DNA from: Eledone cirrhosa
Taxonomy: Eukaryota
Length of the DNA: 64,000 nt
Assembly (NCBI GenBank): GCA_964016885.1
Contig: OZ024741.1
Coordinates: 31,682,001-31,746,000, forward strand
Reading direction: 5' to 3'
Shown: piece after piece, positions 1-13,900 of the stretch
Layout of the letters: each line of letters opens with the position of its first letter
Numbering within the stretch: position 1 is the stretch's first letter
The notes under the pieces: generated by a model
Seen by the model: only the letters and a program-made list of their open reading frames with translations
Told to the model about the DNA's origin: nothing
The model's database searches: none
Translations under genes and position numbers: made by a program

Positions 1-166
1 TGTGCGTGAGAGAGAGTGTGTGTATATATATTTGTGTGTGTGTGTGTGTATGTGTGTATGCGTGTATATATATATATATATGTATATTTGTGTGTATATA
101 TGCGTATATATGTTTGTATATATGTGTATATTTATGTATATGTCTGTGTATGTATGTGTATATATG

Positions 167-197
<31 letters not shown>

Positions 198-465
198 GCA
201 TCTGTATGTGTGTGTGTGTCTGTGTGTATATATGTGTATATGTGTTTGTGTGTATATATGTGTGTGTATATGTATGTATGTATATGTATATATGTGTATG
301 TATATATATCTATATATATCTATATATATATGTGTATATGTATATATGTATATATATTTGTATATGTATGTATGTATGTGTGTATGTGTGTATGTATGTG
401 TGTGTGTGTGTATATGTATATATGTGTATATATATTGTGTGTGTGTGTATGTGTATATATGTGTA

Positions 466-529
<64 letters not shown>

Positions 530-707
530 GTGCTTTTTCCTTATATATGTGTATATGTGTGTGTGTGTGTGTATATATATATGTATGTATATGTGTGTGT
601 GTGTGTGTATGTATATGTATATATTTGTTTATGTATATATATATATATGTGTGTGTGTTTGTGTGTATGTGTGTGTATATGTATATATATATGTGTGTAT
701 ATGTATG

Positions 708-765
<58 letters not shown>

Positions 766-890
766 ATATATATATATGTATGTGTATGTGTATGTATTTG
801 TATACACATGTATATTTGTGTGTATGTATGTATGTGTGTGAGTGTATATATATGTGTATATATGTGTGTGTGTGTGTATATATATATGTA

Positions 891-965
<75 letters not shown>

Positions 966-985
966 ATATATATATATATAAATAT
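1..985. repeat. Compound (TA)n/(TG)n microsatellite tract
   Basis: Almost pure TA/TG dinucleotides. The overlapping YI/CV/HT ORFs are artefacts. Similar tracts recur throughout the window. Confidence 0.97.
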
Positions 986-1175
986 ACTAACGGAGTTACC
1001 CGGCTTCGCTCAGTGTTAAAAAGCTTATTGAGAAAAGAATAATATTAACATTTTAATCGTTATTTAAAAACTTCTGTAATTTAGTTTCTATTTTTTAGAT
1101 TTTAACATTTATCTTTAAATGACTGAATGACTGACGAATTTAAAGAAAATTCGTTATAAGAACATTTAATTTGTT

Positions 1176-3033
1176 TTACTGAAGTGCTTTTGGATACACA
1201 ATGTTTTTTGTTTTTCCTTCTGGTGCGTACACGAATAAATCAGAAGGTTTACCGACGTGTGAGCAAGCCACATACAGTTGTCCATGTGAGAAGCATGGAT
1301 TATCTAAATTTAGTCCAACACTTGTAGCGATTGTCCTAGTGCTTTGTTGATAGTCATTGCAAAGGCGAGTCGCACCGGAAACTGCAAACGTTTGAAATCG
1401 AATGGCGTATCTGTTGGAATGATTGGGATGCGTGGCAAGAGTACATCTTCTCCTTTAAATTTTCCATTTAAAATTGTAGCCTCGATGATTTTGTTCATCG
1501 TCTTTTTCACTGAAAGTCTGGTACCGTTGCAAAGTTGTGGTGGATTGATGTTTCGGAGAAGGATGATAGGCACGCCAATTTTCAATGTTAAAATGTGCGG
1601 TGGCATGCCTGGCAAATCAAGTGAATTCAAGAATTCAATTGGATAATTGATAATTTCGTCTTGATTCATTACAGTATCGATGGACTTATACGTTGTCGCT
1701 TCGCCTGGTATTTCGTTTTGAATGCTGAAATTAATGGCATTGTCATCGATGTTTTTGGCTGCTAATATAGCACGTACACTGAGCCACTGATGATTTTTGT
1801 AATGCTGCGCAATATTTGGGAACACTTTGTGAATCAGTTCGTCTCTGGTTGCCGTGATTCTACAGAAGTTTGTTGGCAATGTGATACATTTTGTGGAATC
1901 ATCGATTACCATTTTCCCATTCCCAATATCCAGCAATTGTTTTGTGAAACGTTCAGCGGATGCGTCATTTTGTAGTTGTATACGCATATTGTTTTTTAAA
2001 GTTAATTTCTGTACGTGTCGCCATAAAACTGATGATTTGAGACATGCATTAAGCTCATCAGCGGGTGTTGATCGCGGTATAACTGGTAGAGTTTGTCGAA
2101 AATCACCAGACAATAAAATGAGTGTGCCACCGAAGAGCTGTTCATTTCCTTTCAAATCTTTTAGCGTATTATTAAGCGCTTCCAATGATTTTTTGTGCGC
2201 CATAGTACATTCGTCCCATATAATGATTTTACATGATTGGAGTACTTTACCTATACCAGAATTTTTGGTAATATTGCGTGTTGATGTCTCAGCGATTTGC
2301 ATATTCAATGGCAATTTCAGGGCTGAATGTGCTGTTCGGCCACCATCTAAAAGAGTTGCCACAATTCCAGATGATGCGATTGCCAGTGCAATATTATTTT
2401 CTGATCGTATAGTTGCCAAAATAAGTGAAATGAGAAAAGTTTTGCCTGTACCACCGGGCGCATCTATAAAATACAATCCACCGCTTTGACTTATAATTGC
2501 CTGCATAATTTGGTCATATACTATGCGTTGTTCTGGTAGCAATTTGGGAAGATTCGTTTGAACAAATGTACCCAATTCGGCGACATCAAAGTTTGTTTCT
2601 CGTTTCAAATCACGATCGAAAATGTCGTTTACAGATCGATTCGGCGCAGGCATTCCCAATTGTACCAATGTTTTGTTAGCGATTGCTAAACATATGACCT
2701 CAATGGAAACCAATGCTTCATTATACACATTTTGTGTGACTTGAATATTCATATTTTGATTTGTTGCACGCAAACGATGTAGGATGTCTTCACTCATGTA
2801 GTCTTTATATTTTTCCCAAAGATCTTTTGGATTTGATGGGAAGCACGTTGACAATATTATTGAGAATAATGTGCATATTTGCTTTGGTCGAGCAGTATTC
2901 GATGCATCGGCGAGTGAAGTGTCCCAATGTCCATCATTTTCAAGAAGATTTAATTCTTGGCAAGCTTCACGATAAGTGGCACATACTTGACCGTTTACTG
3001 TTCTCAATTCTTGGAATGATGTCGGTCCACGTA
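1176..3033 (-). pseudogene. Helitron RepHel C-terminal PIF1-family (SF1B) helicase, frameshifted
   Basis: ORF 1310-3007 has DAPGGTGKT (Walker A), IIWDECTM, GDFRQTLPV, LCNGTRL and QFPVRLAFAMTINK. It is preceded by VRGPTSFQELRTV. After a 1-bp frameshift near 1318 it continues GLNLDNPCFSHGQLYVACSHVG...KNIVYPKALQ* to 1176. Confidence 0.92.
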
Positions 3034-3159
3034 TGTGTCCAGGTCAGGAAAATAAGGACAGACGAAATGAAGATATCAAATTACAGCACTTAGTTAAGGG
3101 CTAGCTGAAAAAGAATTCCCTGTAATGGGAGTGGAAGGGAAGTAATGTGAAACAGACAC

Positions 3160-3625
3160 TATACTAATTCTATTGAAATTATATTAAATTAAAGAGAGAA
3201 TTTACTAATTCTATTGAAATTATATTAAATTAAAGAGAGAATACTAATTCTATTGAAATTATCTTTAATTAAAAAAATTTCACACTCGCTCTTTCACTCA
3301 CTCTTTGTCTATACGTTGATTTCTCTTTCTCCGTTTATAGCACTCTCTCTTTGTCTATACGTTGCTCTTTCACTCTCTCTTTGTCTATACGTTGATTTTT
3401 CTTTCTCCGTTTATAACTTTAGAGACAGTCTAATATAGGGAGTGGTTCAAAGCAGCCAGACTACTCGCTCTTTCACTCTCTCTTTGTCTATACGTTGATT
3501 TCTCTTTCTCCGTTTATAACTTTAGAGACAGTCTAATATAGGGAGTGGTTCAAAGCAGCCAGACTACTCGCTCTTTCACTCTCTCTTTGAATATACGTTG
3601 ATTTCTCTTTCTCCGTTTATATCTT
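3160..3625. repeat. Subterminal tandem repeats inside the Helitron (about 40-bp and 103-bp units)
   Basis: ACTAATTCTATTGAAATTAT occurs about 3 times. AGAGACAGTCTAATATAGGGAGTGG occurs at 3421 and 3524. Confidence 0.85.
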
Positions 3626-4233
3626 TGGACAAACAAACAAACATACATTCATTTTTATATATATAGATAGATATATAAAATGGGAGAATTTTTATATATG
3701 TGTGTGTGTTTTTATGTGTGTATATGTGTATGTGTATGTGTGTTTATGGTTGCGCGCGAGTGTGTGAGTGAGTGTGTTTTTTTTGTGAATGTGTCTGTTG
3801 ATTTTTGGCATATAGTTGATTAGTTTAAGAGAAGTTCGAAGATAATTGTAAGATATGCACTCAGTATTTTGAATCTGTCTACAGAATTCTCTAAACCTTT
3901 GTCACTTAGTAGAACCTTAATGAATTTAGCTTTTAAAGAATCTCCCTTTCCTTTAATTCTATCTACCATGACTGACCCCCCACTGATCTTATAGACATCT
4001 GTTAGCTTAAGAGAAACTTAATGACAAGGAATGGTATGCCATCCGGAACCTGTTTATAGAATTCTGTCTGCCTTTGTTACTAAAAACAAAAATTAATAAA
4101 AATAAACTATAGCTTTGTAGAATTAGCTTTTAATTAATTCCTTTTCTATCAACGCTAGCGTAAACCTCTTCAAACGAAGTTGATGTTTATTACGGTATGT
4201 CGAATATATTTATCTATAAAACTGTTTATATTG

Positions 4234-4299
4234 TATTTTGTCTGATGAAGGCATAGCATATTGTTAATATGATATCCCCGAAATATATATAATGAAATA
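4234..4299 (+). ncRNA. Minimal type I hammerhead ribozyme
   Basis: tattttgt-CTGATGA-[stem II]-GAAA-tatata-TA|atgaaata. Stem I pairs with wobbles. Confidence 0.7.
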
Positions 4300-4341
4300 A
4301 ATATGGTTTTATAAATATAGTTTTCCATTTATTTAATATTG

Positions 4342-4397
<56 letters not shown>

Positions 4398-4565
4398 TAT
4401 ATATATATATATATCCAGTGTGTGTAACTAGGAGTTACTGCAGGTTCACCCAGGTGAGCACTAGATGTTTAGGTTCACTTCTGTGATGATGTGTAGAGCT
4501 ATACAGAGTGTAAAATATAGAAAGGATAAAAAGGACGATTGATTATTCCTTCATTGCATTTATTG

Positions 4566-4658
4566 ATAGGTGACGCGCGTTTCGCCACTGATCAGCTCAA
4601 GGTTCGATCTATATCGATCCTACCCGACTCAATAATCGGCAGCTCGACGGACCCTCTT
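4566..4658 (-). ncRNA. Degenerate hammerhead ribozyme with long stem II
   Basis: ggt-CCGTCGA (mutated core)...ggc-GAAA-cgcgcg-TC|acct, followed by AATAAA. Stem II is related to those at 11755, 18235 and 22989. Confidence 0.5.
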
Positions 4659-4787
4659 AAAATGCTATAACAAAATGAAATACATGCTATGTGGTAAAGT
4701 CAGAGTTTCAAGAGTTTGACAAAATGAGATGTTTTGATTGGTGAGAAGGATCCAAGGCGATGTACTGGCCTGTAATGTATATTGGTG

Positions 4788-7700
4788 TGGCTGTGATGGT
4801 GAGATGTTGGTGACTGTCTGTGGATGAGGTGGGCTGTGGTGTGGTGGTGGTGGGTTGGCCTTGGCGTGTAGAGTATGTAGGGTGGAGGTAATGATATGGT
4901 GGTGGTTAAGGTTATTTAGTGGGATAGGCTGTGGTATGAGGTTAGTGGATTGTCAGTAGACGGGTTGGCGTGTGGGTGTGGGTGTGGTAGTGGTGCTTTT
5001 GTCTATGGTAGCGGCGTTTGTGATGGTGTGGTGGATGTATTGGTGGCGTCAGGTCCTTACATAGATACATAGTTAGACGCTCTTCGTCTGACAGATACCT
5101 TGTATATACGTATACGTATATACATATATATATTGTTGTATAAACACACACAACATAAAACACATACACACATCCTTGCCCACACATATCGGCATACGCT
5201 CACACACAGCCATATGTATATGTACACACATGTATGTGCATGCCACATGCAAGAACGAATATGGAGAGTGGGGGAGTATCGGTGGGGCTGGCGAACGACA
5301 GATGTGGGGGGGAAGGTGAGAGGCGATGTAGAAGGTGTTTTACATATATACATACACATACATACACATGGGTATGGGCACATCGACTCACACTCATGTA
5401 TGCAAGATATACACATACACACTCGCACACACGTATACTCACACATATATATATACACACATATATATATACACACACATACACGCACATATACACATAC
5501 ATGCACATATATGAGCTCACCTACACATACAGTCAGATTTACCCATATACATATATGTAGACGTACACATACACACACATACATACACATACATATATAC
5601 ACACACATACACACATGCATACACATACACATATATATATACACAGATATATATATACACACACATAGACATATGTATACACATGTGTTCACATACACAC
5701 ACACATGCAGATAAATTTGCTTTCACGCACGCACACTTAAAACGCCCGTATGAGTAAAATACTTACACACAGACACACACACCATTGTTGGTTGGGGAGT
5801 GGAGGTATGTTTTGTCGGTGTTGATGAAGTATGGAGTTGTGTTTTGTGGTGGTGGTGGTGGAGTTGTGAGGGACAAACATATATATACAGGATCGAATAC
5901 CGGTTGAAAGGTGACATAGGGAACGCGGGGGAAAAGCGTTTATAGACGTACGGCGATGTGTGTTGTGGACATGGTGATGGTGGTGGTGCTGGGGTGATAT
6001 GTTCGGACACACCATATTAACAACCACCTATACCCCGTCTCATCATCGCCCACCTCAATGAACTTATTGTATCGTACGCCATGTTACCATCTCTAAGCCC
6101 CCATTTGTATATCATGCCGCACACATCACCATCACCACCACCAAAATTCACATCAACATACACACCTCATAGTTGCAACATCGTATTAAATCGGTACCAT
6201 ATGATACGTTCTACCTTGCCATCCACAATAACAAGGGACCTTGTAAATACAATGTCGATCATATCACACCATCGCCACCACCACCACACCACACATCGTC
6301 ATGTGCATACCATACACGCCTACATCCTCATCCCCCCATGTTCCCTCTATCTACCCTAACCTGCAACCCCACGCTAAATTCGACCCTGTAACTGTACTGT
6401 CGCACGCACACACAACCACCGCCACCACTAAATACATCCACATACTTCAACAATCATCATCATTACATCATCAACACATATCATCCCTCGCTCCCAAATC
6501 GACTGTATTATATACCCCCCACACCCCGTCTGCCTACCATATAACACACCGTAACCTCTGATCATGTAATCATCTTGCCGAACATATCACCCCAGTACCA
6601 CCACCATCACCATGTCCACAACACACATCGCCGTACGTCTATAAACGCTTTTCCCCCGCGTTCCCTATGTCACCTTTCAACCGGTATTCGATCCTGTATA
6701 TATATTTTTGTCCCTCACAACTCCACCACCACCACCACAAAACACAACTCCATACTTCATCAACACCGACAAAACATACCTCAACTCCCCAACCAACAAT
6801 AGTGTGTGTGTCTGTGTGTAAGTATTTTACTCATACGGGCGTTTTAAGTGTGCGTGCATGTAAGCAAATTTATCTGTATGTGTGTGTGTATGTGAACACA
6901 TGTGTATACATATGTCTATGTGTGTGTATATATATATCTGTGTATATATATATGTGTATGTGTATGCATGTGTGTATGTGTGTGTATATATGTATGTGTA
7001 TGTATGTGTGTGTAAGTGTACGTCTACATATATGTATATGGGTAAATCTGACTGTATGTGTAGGTGAGCTCATATATGTGCATGTATGTGTATATGTGCG
7101 TGTATGTGTGTGTTGTCGGTACATGTGTGTGTATATATATATATATGTGTATATATATATGTGTGAGTATACGTGTGTGCGAGTGTGTATGTGTATATCT
7201 TGCATACATGAGTGTGAGTCGATGTGCCCATACCCATGTGTATGTATGTTTATGTATATATGTAAAACACCTTCTACATCGCCTCTCACCTTCCCCCCCC
7301 CCATCTCTGTCGTTCGTCACCCCCACCGATACTCCCCCACTCTCCATATTCGTTCTCGCATGCGCGCATGCACATACATGTGTGTACATATACATATGGC
7401 TGTGTGTGAGCGTATGCCGATATGTGTGGGCAAGGATGTGCGTATGTGTTTTATGTTGTGTGTGTTTATACAACAATATATATATGCACATATATACATA
7501 TATGTGTGTACGTATAGGTATATACAAGGTATCTGTCAGACGAAGAAAGTCTAACTATGTATTTATATCAGGACCTGACGCCACCAATACATCCACCACA
7601 CCACCACAAACGCCGCTACCATAGACAAAGGCACCACTACCACACCCCCACCCACACGCCAACCCGCCTACTGACAATCCACTAACCTCATACCACAGCC

Positions 7701-7841
7701 CATCCCACAAAATAACCTTAACCACCACCATATCATCACCTCCACCCCTACATACTCTACACGCCAAGGCCAACCCACCACCACCACACCACAGCCCACC
7801 TCATCCACAGACCGTCACCAACATCTCACCATCACAACCAT
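4788..7841. repeat. About 1.2-kb inverted repeat (4788-6006 vs 6578-7841) in a PLE 3' region
   Basis: The arms align as reverse complements with scattered substitutions. The spacer is about 570 bp. Confidence 0.9.
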
Positions 7842-8604
7842 TATCTATACATGAGGGTCTTTGAAAAGGGTATGTCTTGCTAATAAGTGTTTTTACGGAG
7901 GTACCTGGTCTTTCTACTATCTTAATATTGAGTTTATGTTTATTTAGGGCCCTTCTAAATTTGTAGGCTAGTTCGCCTCTAGGGGTTGTATCGATGAACA
8001 TTACACTCTGGTATTTATTGCTATCATACCATGAGTTTATTCTATTAGCCTTGTTCCTAGTTCTTTCTATTCTATTCCAAAATTTGCTCCTATACAAGGG
8101 GCAGGTCCCATTTCTGTCATTATTTCCCATTTTTCCCCATTTGGTTCTGGCTCCTCTATACACTCTGATTCTATCTCTCTGATTGTAGCCAGAGAACTGC
8201 ATACAGTGGATGAAGTGTTGTATGTGTCTCTCTAGTTCTTCGGGGTTGCACATGCGGGACACATTTCTCATCACCCGTACCAAATCCGCAATCAGTATGT
8301 TGATTTTGGTATGGTCCGAAATGGCCGAGTTTCGGTGGATCAGATGTTTGGAAGTCATGAGTTTGGCATAATGGGAATGGAGGATTTGTTTTTGGTTGTT
8401 AATGGTATCTAACCAGAGCTCTGTGTCTAGTACAGGTAATCGATGGTTGGGGTGTCTACTTGTGTAGTCTATAGTAACTCTAACGCTCTGGTGGATGGAG
8501 TTTGCTATTTGCTGGATGCTTTCCATTGTGTTTTTCTCTAGTTCCTGACTGTTCTCTAGTGGGGGTGTCTTAACTACGATGTTTATATCATCTACGTAGA
8601 GCAT
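7842..8604 (-). pseudogene. Penelope-like element RT fragment (C-terminal RT, thumb, linker)
   Basis: LYVDDI catalytic motif, LPVLD, HYAK...S..K, FSGY and linker ...PSCIDNGC. Truncated at both ends. 8604-8655 is an inverted copy of 8432-8483. Confidence 0.85.
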
Positions 8605-9024
8605 TAGAGTTACTATAGACTACCCAAGTAGACACCCCAACCATCGATTACCTGTGTGTGTGTGTATATATATATCCAAAATTAAATTATGTGTGTCATG
8701 TCCGAAACACATGGCCCATATCCACTGTAGAATATGCAAGGAAGATTAATCATTTTAAAATGTATCTATATTTGAAGTTCTAATTAGTTACCTACCTAGC
8801 TGTGTGTGCTTACACACTTTACAAATTATCCCCTGTGATTGTTTCATGTGTTTCTTTAGATATATATATATATATTTCAATCAATTTCTAGTTGATATGT
8901 ATGATTTCTCACGAATGAAACAGTTCTAGTCCTGTAGAAGCTATTTTATATTAAAACACTTATACTCTGCTATGTATTGAGTACCTTACTTACTGTGGTT
9001 ACCTCCGATTCAACCCGGAATAAC

Positions 9025-9106
<82 letters not shown>

Positions 9107-9109
9107 TCT

Positions 9110-9720
9110 CAGCTTATTAACCTATTCTATAGCATTGGCCGAAAAGGCAATACCAACTAAATATAGCAGCTGTTTTAGACTCTAAGATTTTTTATCACTT
9201 CTTACTATCCATTTTTACATTTTTATACATTTTTTAAATTTATTTTCCTATCTTCTAATCTCAATTGATTTACCTATTCTATAATGTCCCTCCTCTATTT
9301 TCTCCAGAATCCTTTTTCGCCTGCTTCCTCTAGCCTATTTTCATACACACTCCTTTGAATTTGCTGTATAGAATTCACTTTCAAAGCTTGACCGGCTCCA
9401 CCCACTCCCTCATTGTTCTACAGGCAAGTTCAGCCACCCCGCCTCCCACCCACTGCCATGATAGACTTAATTGTGTTTACAAGAAACTTTGACCAATCCT
9501 CTTGACAACTACAATCTTCCCATATAAGGAATTACACCTTGAAAAGTTAGGCTATTTATTTACAAGGATAAAAATTCTAATTTAGTCCAGAAATAGCCGT
9601 TGAAACCGCTTGAGCTCTGCCGTCGGGGTCTAACATTTTCCTATTACCCACTCCACTACCCTAAGTATTCAGTACTCTGGTGCGTTATGGTCCATCTGGT
9701 TCCTTACCACACCTCCTTCG

Positions 9721-9725
<5 letters not shown>
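9110..9725 (+). mobile_element. Non-coding repeat family 'W' carrying a U3-A8 hammerhead (9534-9629)
   Basis: Copies at about 15630-16215 (+) and 17560-18070 (-). Fragments at 13205-13295, 15045-15205, 27540-27765 and 30205-30257. Confidence 0.8.
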
Positions 9726-9767
<42 letters not shown>

Positions 9768-9812
9768 CATATATATAATATAAAATCGAAAGATGGTTAA
9801 AAGAGTTCCATG

Positions 9813-9883
9813 TATTTTATTATGCGCATTTCAAAAACAAATATCATCATGGGATGATATTTGCGTTCTCATCAGATAAAATA
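9813..9883 (-). ncRNA. Type I hammerhead ribozyme, intact
   Basis: tattttat-CTGATGA-gaacgcaaatatcat/atgatatttgttttt-GAAA-tgcgca-TA|ataaaata. It has an 8-bp stem I and a palindromic stem III. Confidence 0.85.
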
Positions 9884-10115
9884 GGGAGACATGATATGAA
9901 GCTTAAAAAACACTTGCGAGCAGTGAAGTGTTAAATCAACATATGAAAAATAAAATAAGATGAATATATGAGATTGGGAAAAAAGGAAAGGAAGGGGAGA
10001 AGGAAAAGGTAAGGAAGAGGAAGAAAGAATATAGATAGAAGAAAAAAAGAATAATAAGGAAAGGATGACGGAGGAGGAGTAAAAGAAGGAAGGATGAGAG
10101 AGGAGGAGACAATGA

Positions 10116-10206
<91 letters not shown>

Positions 10207-11499
10207 TTTAATACTGAGAAACATTGTCTCATAGAGAAAAATAAAAAAAAAACCGTTGTAAGATAATACATAATTTAAAAAAAAAATTTAGAAATTAAAA
10301 GTTAATGAGGTTTATGAATGGTGATGCTTATGATTAAAGAAAAATGAATTAAGAATACTATTTATTTAAGGTTTATATATTGAAGATTTATATAAGATGT
10401 GCGAAAAGGAATTTATTAAAATGTATTATTAAAATAAAATATATTAAGACGATAAGGTGAAGATAAGGTGAAGATAAGGTTAAATGAATTATGAACTTAG
10501 AGGAATTAATTAGTGTCCACGTTTGTTTCTATATATTGTAATAGGAAAAAGTAAATAAAAGATTTAATACGAGCATGGAAGGAGACAAGAAAGGGGAAAT
10601 TCAAGGAAGAAAAAATATAACGTCAAAAAAATATGTTTACAAAATTTCTCTGATGGTAATATTAGTATATATTAAAAATAAAAAATTGTATGGCCGAGAA
10701 TATAAGAAAATGCTATAGTGAGTTATAATATGAATTAAGAAGTAATTGAGAAGTAAAAGTTGCAGATTAAAGATTAGAATACCGATATTTGCATTGTTTT
10801 ATTGTGCTACAATAAAACTCACCTCATACATATATATATATATATGAGAGTATTGAAGTTTGCTTGAAGCATTGTGGAACAATAAGTAAATATCTATAAG
10901 TCGTTTGGAAGCCTCGACAATGCAAATGGGTAAATCTCCGGGTAACAAGGTCCGGTGGTGGAGAGAGAGATGTAAGTGGGTGTACGTTGAGATGCGTGGT
11001 GTGTATAACATGTGTGAGATGTGTAGAATGGCGGGAAGAGTAAAAGGATAAAAATAAAAATAACAACACAAGAGAGAGTTACCTTGGGAGAGATTTAATA
11101 GTCCCTATATATATCGGATTCACATCCATCAACTGGGGTTTTTTCCGGGGTGGGGGAAAAGGTTGTCTGTCGGACAAGTCCGGAAGGTGTCTTTCGCTGT
11201 TTGCTGATTTGAATGTCTGCGGTATTCGGCAGGGCGCGCGTGCGCGTGAAAATGGGTCGGTCGTACAAAGGTCAGCGGCCGAATGAGGGAGTGTGATGGC
11301 GCTAGCTGTCAGTCCATTCTCTGCCTGTTTGTTAGATGTTACTGTGTGTGTGTGTGCGTGTGTTGTTGTCTCGCTTGAGTGTGTGTGTGTGTGTGTGTTG
11401 TTGCCTTGTTCATCTGTATTGGCAGTGTAGTATGTTCGTATGGTGGAATGCTACAATGTGTGTGTGCGTGTGTTGTGTGTTGTTGCATCGCTTGTTAAC

Positions 11500-11690
11500 T
11501 TAAACCAGCCATTTCATTTCGCTTCTCTCTAATCGGTTGTTTATTTGCGGTTGCAGGCGTTTGATAAAAAGTGCTTCCTTGATACGTAACGTGCCGACGT
11601 TTCTTTCAGTCGCTAGAATTGTGACAATGGGCCTTCCGTCTTTGTTTCCGCATTTGTCTATGTGTTTCCGGAAAGACGAGGCCCTGGTTT
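11500..11690 (-). pseudogene. PLE GIY-YIG endonuclease C-terminal fragment
   Basis: SSFRKHIDKC...ILATERNVGTLRIKEALFIKRLQPQINNRLE. Homologous to the + strand copy at 57360-57535. Confidence 0.8.
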
Positions 11691-11754
11691 TAGTATATAT
11701 ATATATATATATATAAAGTGACAATATGAATTGCAGCTTTTTGTCAACTTTATT

Positions 11755-11842
11755 TCATATTACAATTGTTTCTATATTGATCAGCTCTGGTTTGATCATG
11801 CGATCGGATCCTCACTCTGAATCGACACTTCTTCAGATATGA
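11755..11842 (-). ncRNA. Type I hammerhead ribozyme with extended stem II
   Basis: tcatat-CTGAAGA-[about 57 nt]-GAAA-caattg-TA|atatga-AATAAA. Confidence 0.78.
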
Positions 11843-13341
11843 GAGTTTATATGGGTGTTCCCATCCTATATATATATAAATAACTCTTAAAGGAAATATA
11901 TATTATTAACACAGATCAAAGTATAAGTATACAATTTCAGCTTTCTCTATTATCGGAGACCTTCCAAAACTCAGATGATCATATAAATGGGTGAAAGCAG
12001 AGATTGTTTGTTTACATTTTTTATATTTTGTATATATATATATATATATATATTCGAACTAGCTTACAGATTTAGAAGGGCCCTGGACAGGCTCAAATTA
12101 AATATTAAGATAGTTGAATGACCATGTATTCCCATAAAGCCCTTAATTAGTAAAACATACCCATTTCAAAGATCCCCATATCCTGATAGGTAATTCATAG
12201 TCTGCAAGAGAAGCCCGCAAATTAACTGCAAAACTAGGAACGTACTATATAACATAAGATGAACTGAGGGACAGTGTAGGAATAACATACATAGATGGAA
12301 CTGCCCGTAGCATATGAGAAAGAATAAGTGAACACTGGCGAGAATTCCAGGAAGGGAAACACTCATCAGTACTCCACCAACATGCCAAACAGACCGAGCT
12401 GGATAGATCGGTGACAACCAAGCATATGATTAGAAGGAAACCCCAACACAGAGGTTGTTATGTGAATGGAAGAAAAACATTGGACTTAACGTTTTTTAAA
12501 TTTAAAATATGACGGTTAAAGAATAGATAATTATTTACCGTCACACAGTTTATATGATACTTTTATAGCTTAAAATAGATATTATACTTATATATATATG
12601 TCTGTACGTATATATATATATATATAAATTAGCGAGAATCGCGTTTCGGCTATTGGAAATTAGCGAAAAACAACTTCCGAGATGTGTGGCAAGCGCTCCA
12701 TAGAAACGAGTGAACTAGAGCAACAACGTACGTTAAAAGGCCAAACACACTGAGACGATGGTTAAACCATTATCCGCAAAGCCATAGAAACGACCAAGTA
12801 ATTCGGGTCAAACAAATAAAAAAAATATGATTGAACATTTTCCCCAGACCCACTGGAAACGGTGGTAAAATCCAATATGGGGTTTCTGCAACTCCTAAAT
12901 CAGGTACTGTCTGCTTAAACAAATAATGCTAAGCTTTTGGTATGATGATCGAACAAGGAAGTAACATTTTCAATAGGCATTTAGTTCTATGCAAAGCTAA
13001 GGAACTGACCGTTATCTAAACCCACACGGGGGGTTAGAAGGGAGACAAGCCCTAGTCTTGGCGGATCTCTGGTTATTGCAAAATTGCAAAATATCACAAA
13101 ACGAATTAAGCTCTCAACAGAATAGTTTTTAAAATTAACATAAGCTATTAATCAGTCAATAGAATTAACTAAATAAATCAAAAAAATTAACTGGTACATA
13201 TATATATAGGAAAATGTTAGACCCCGATGGCAGAGCTCAAGCCGTTTCGACGAATATTTCTGGGCTAAATTAGAATTTTTAGCGTGGTAAATAAATGTTT
13301 AATGTAATATCTACTTTATGCTAATATAAGAAAGGTATATG

Positions 13342-13432
<91 letters not shown>

Positions 13433-13484
13433 TATATATATATGTATATATATATGTATATAAATATATATATATATGTATATA

Positions 13485-13531
<47 letters not shown>

Positions 13532-13646
13532 AAGTTAAATAAAAGTCAAATGATTCAAACCAACCTGCGCACTTCGTCGAGTGCTCCAGCCTGCATACTG
13601 AGGTGTTGGTATACAACCAACATAAACTCAAAATCTATATATATGG

Positions 13647-13854
<208 letters not shown>

Positions 13855-13900
13855 TTACCTGCGATTGAACCCGGGATTACTTTTATATATATATATATAT

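Larger units (their letters stand above)
987..3671 (-). mobile_element. Helitron, internally deleted (Rep domain missing)
   Basis: The minus strand starts TC(TATC)TATATATATAAAAATGAATGTATGTTTGTTTG (about 3667-3671). It ends GCGAAGCCGGGTAACTCCG-TTAG|T at 987, a CTAG variant. It carries a PIF1 helicase. Confidence 0.85.

Noticed and set aside
2-1042. Long ORFs rich in YI/CV/HT here and at many other positions
   Set aside because: They are translations of dinucleotide microsatellites, not genes.
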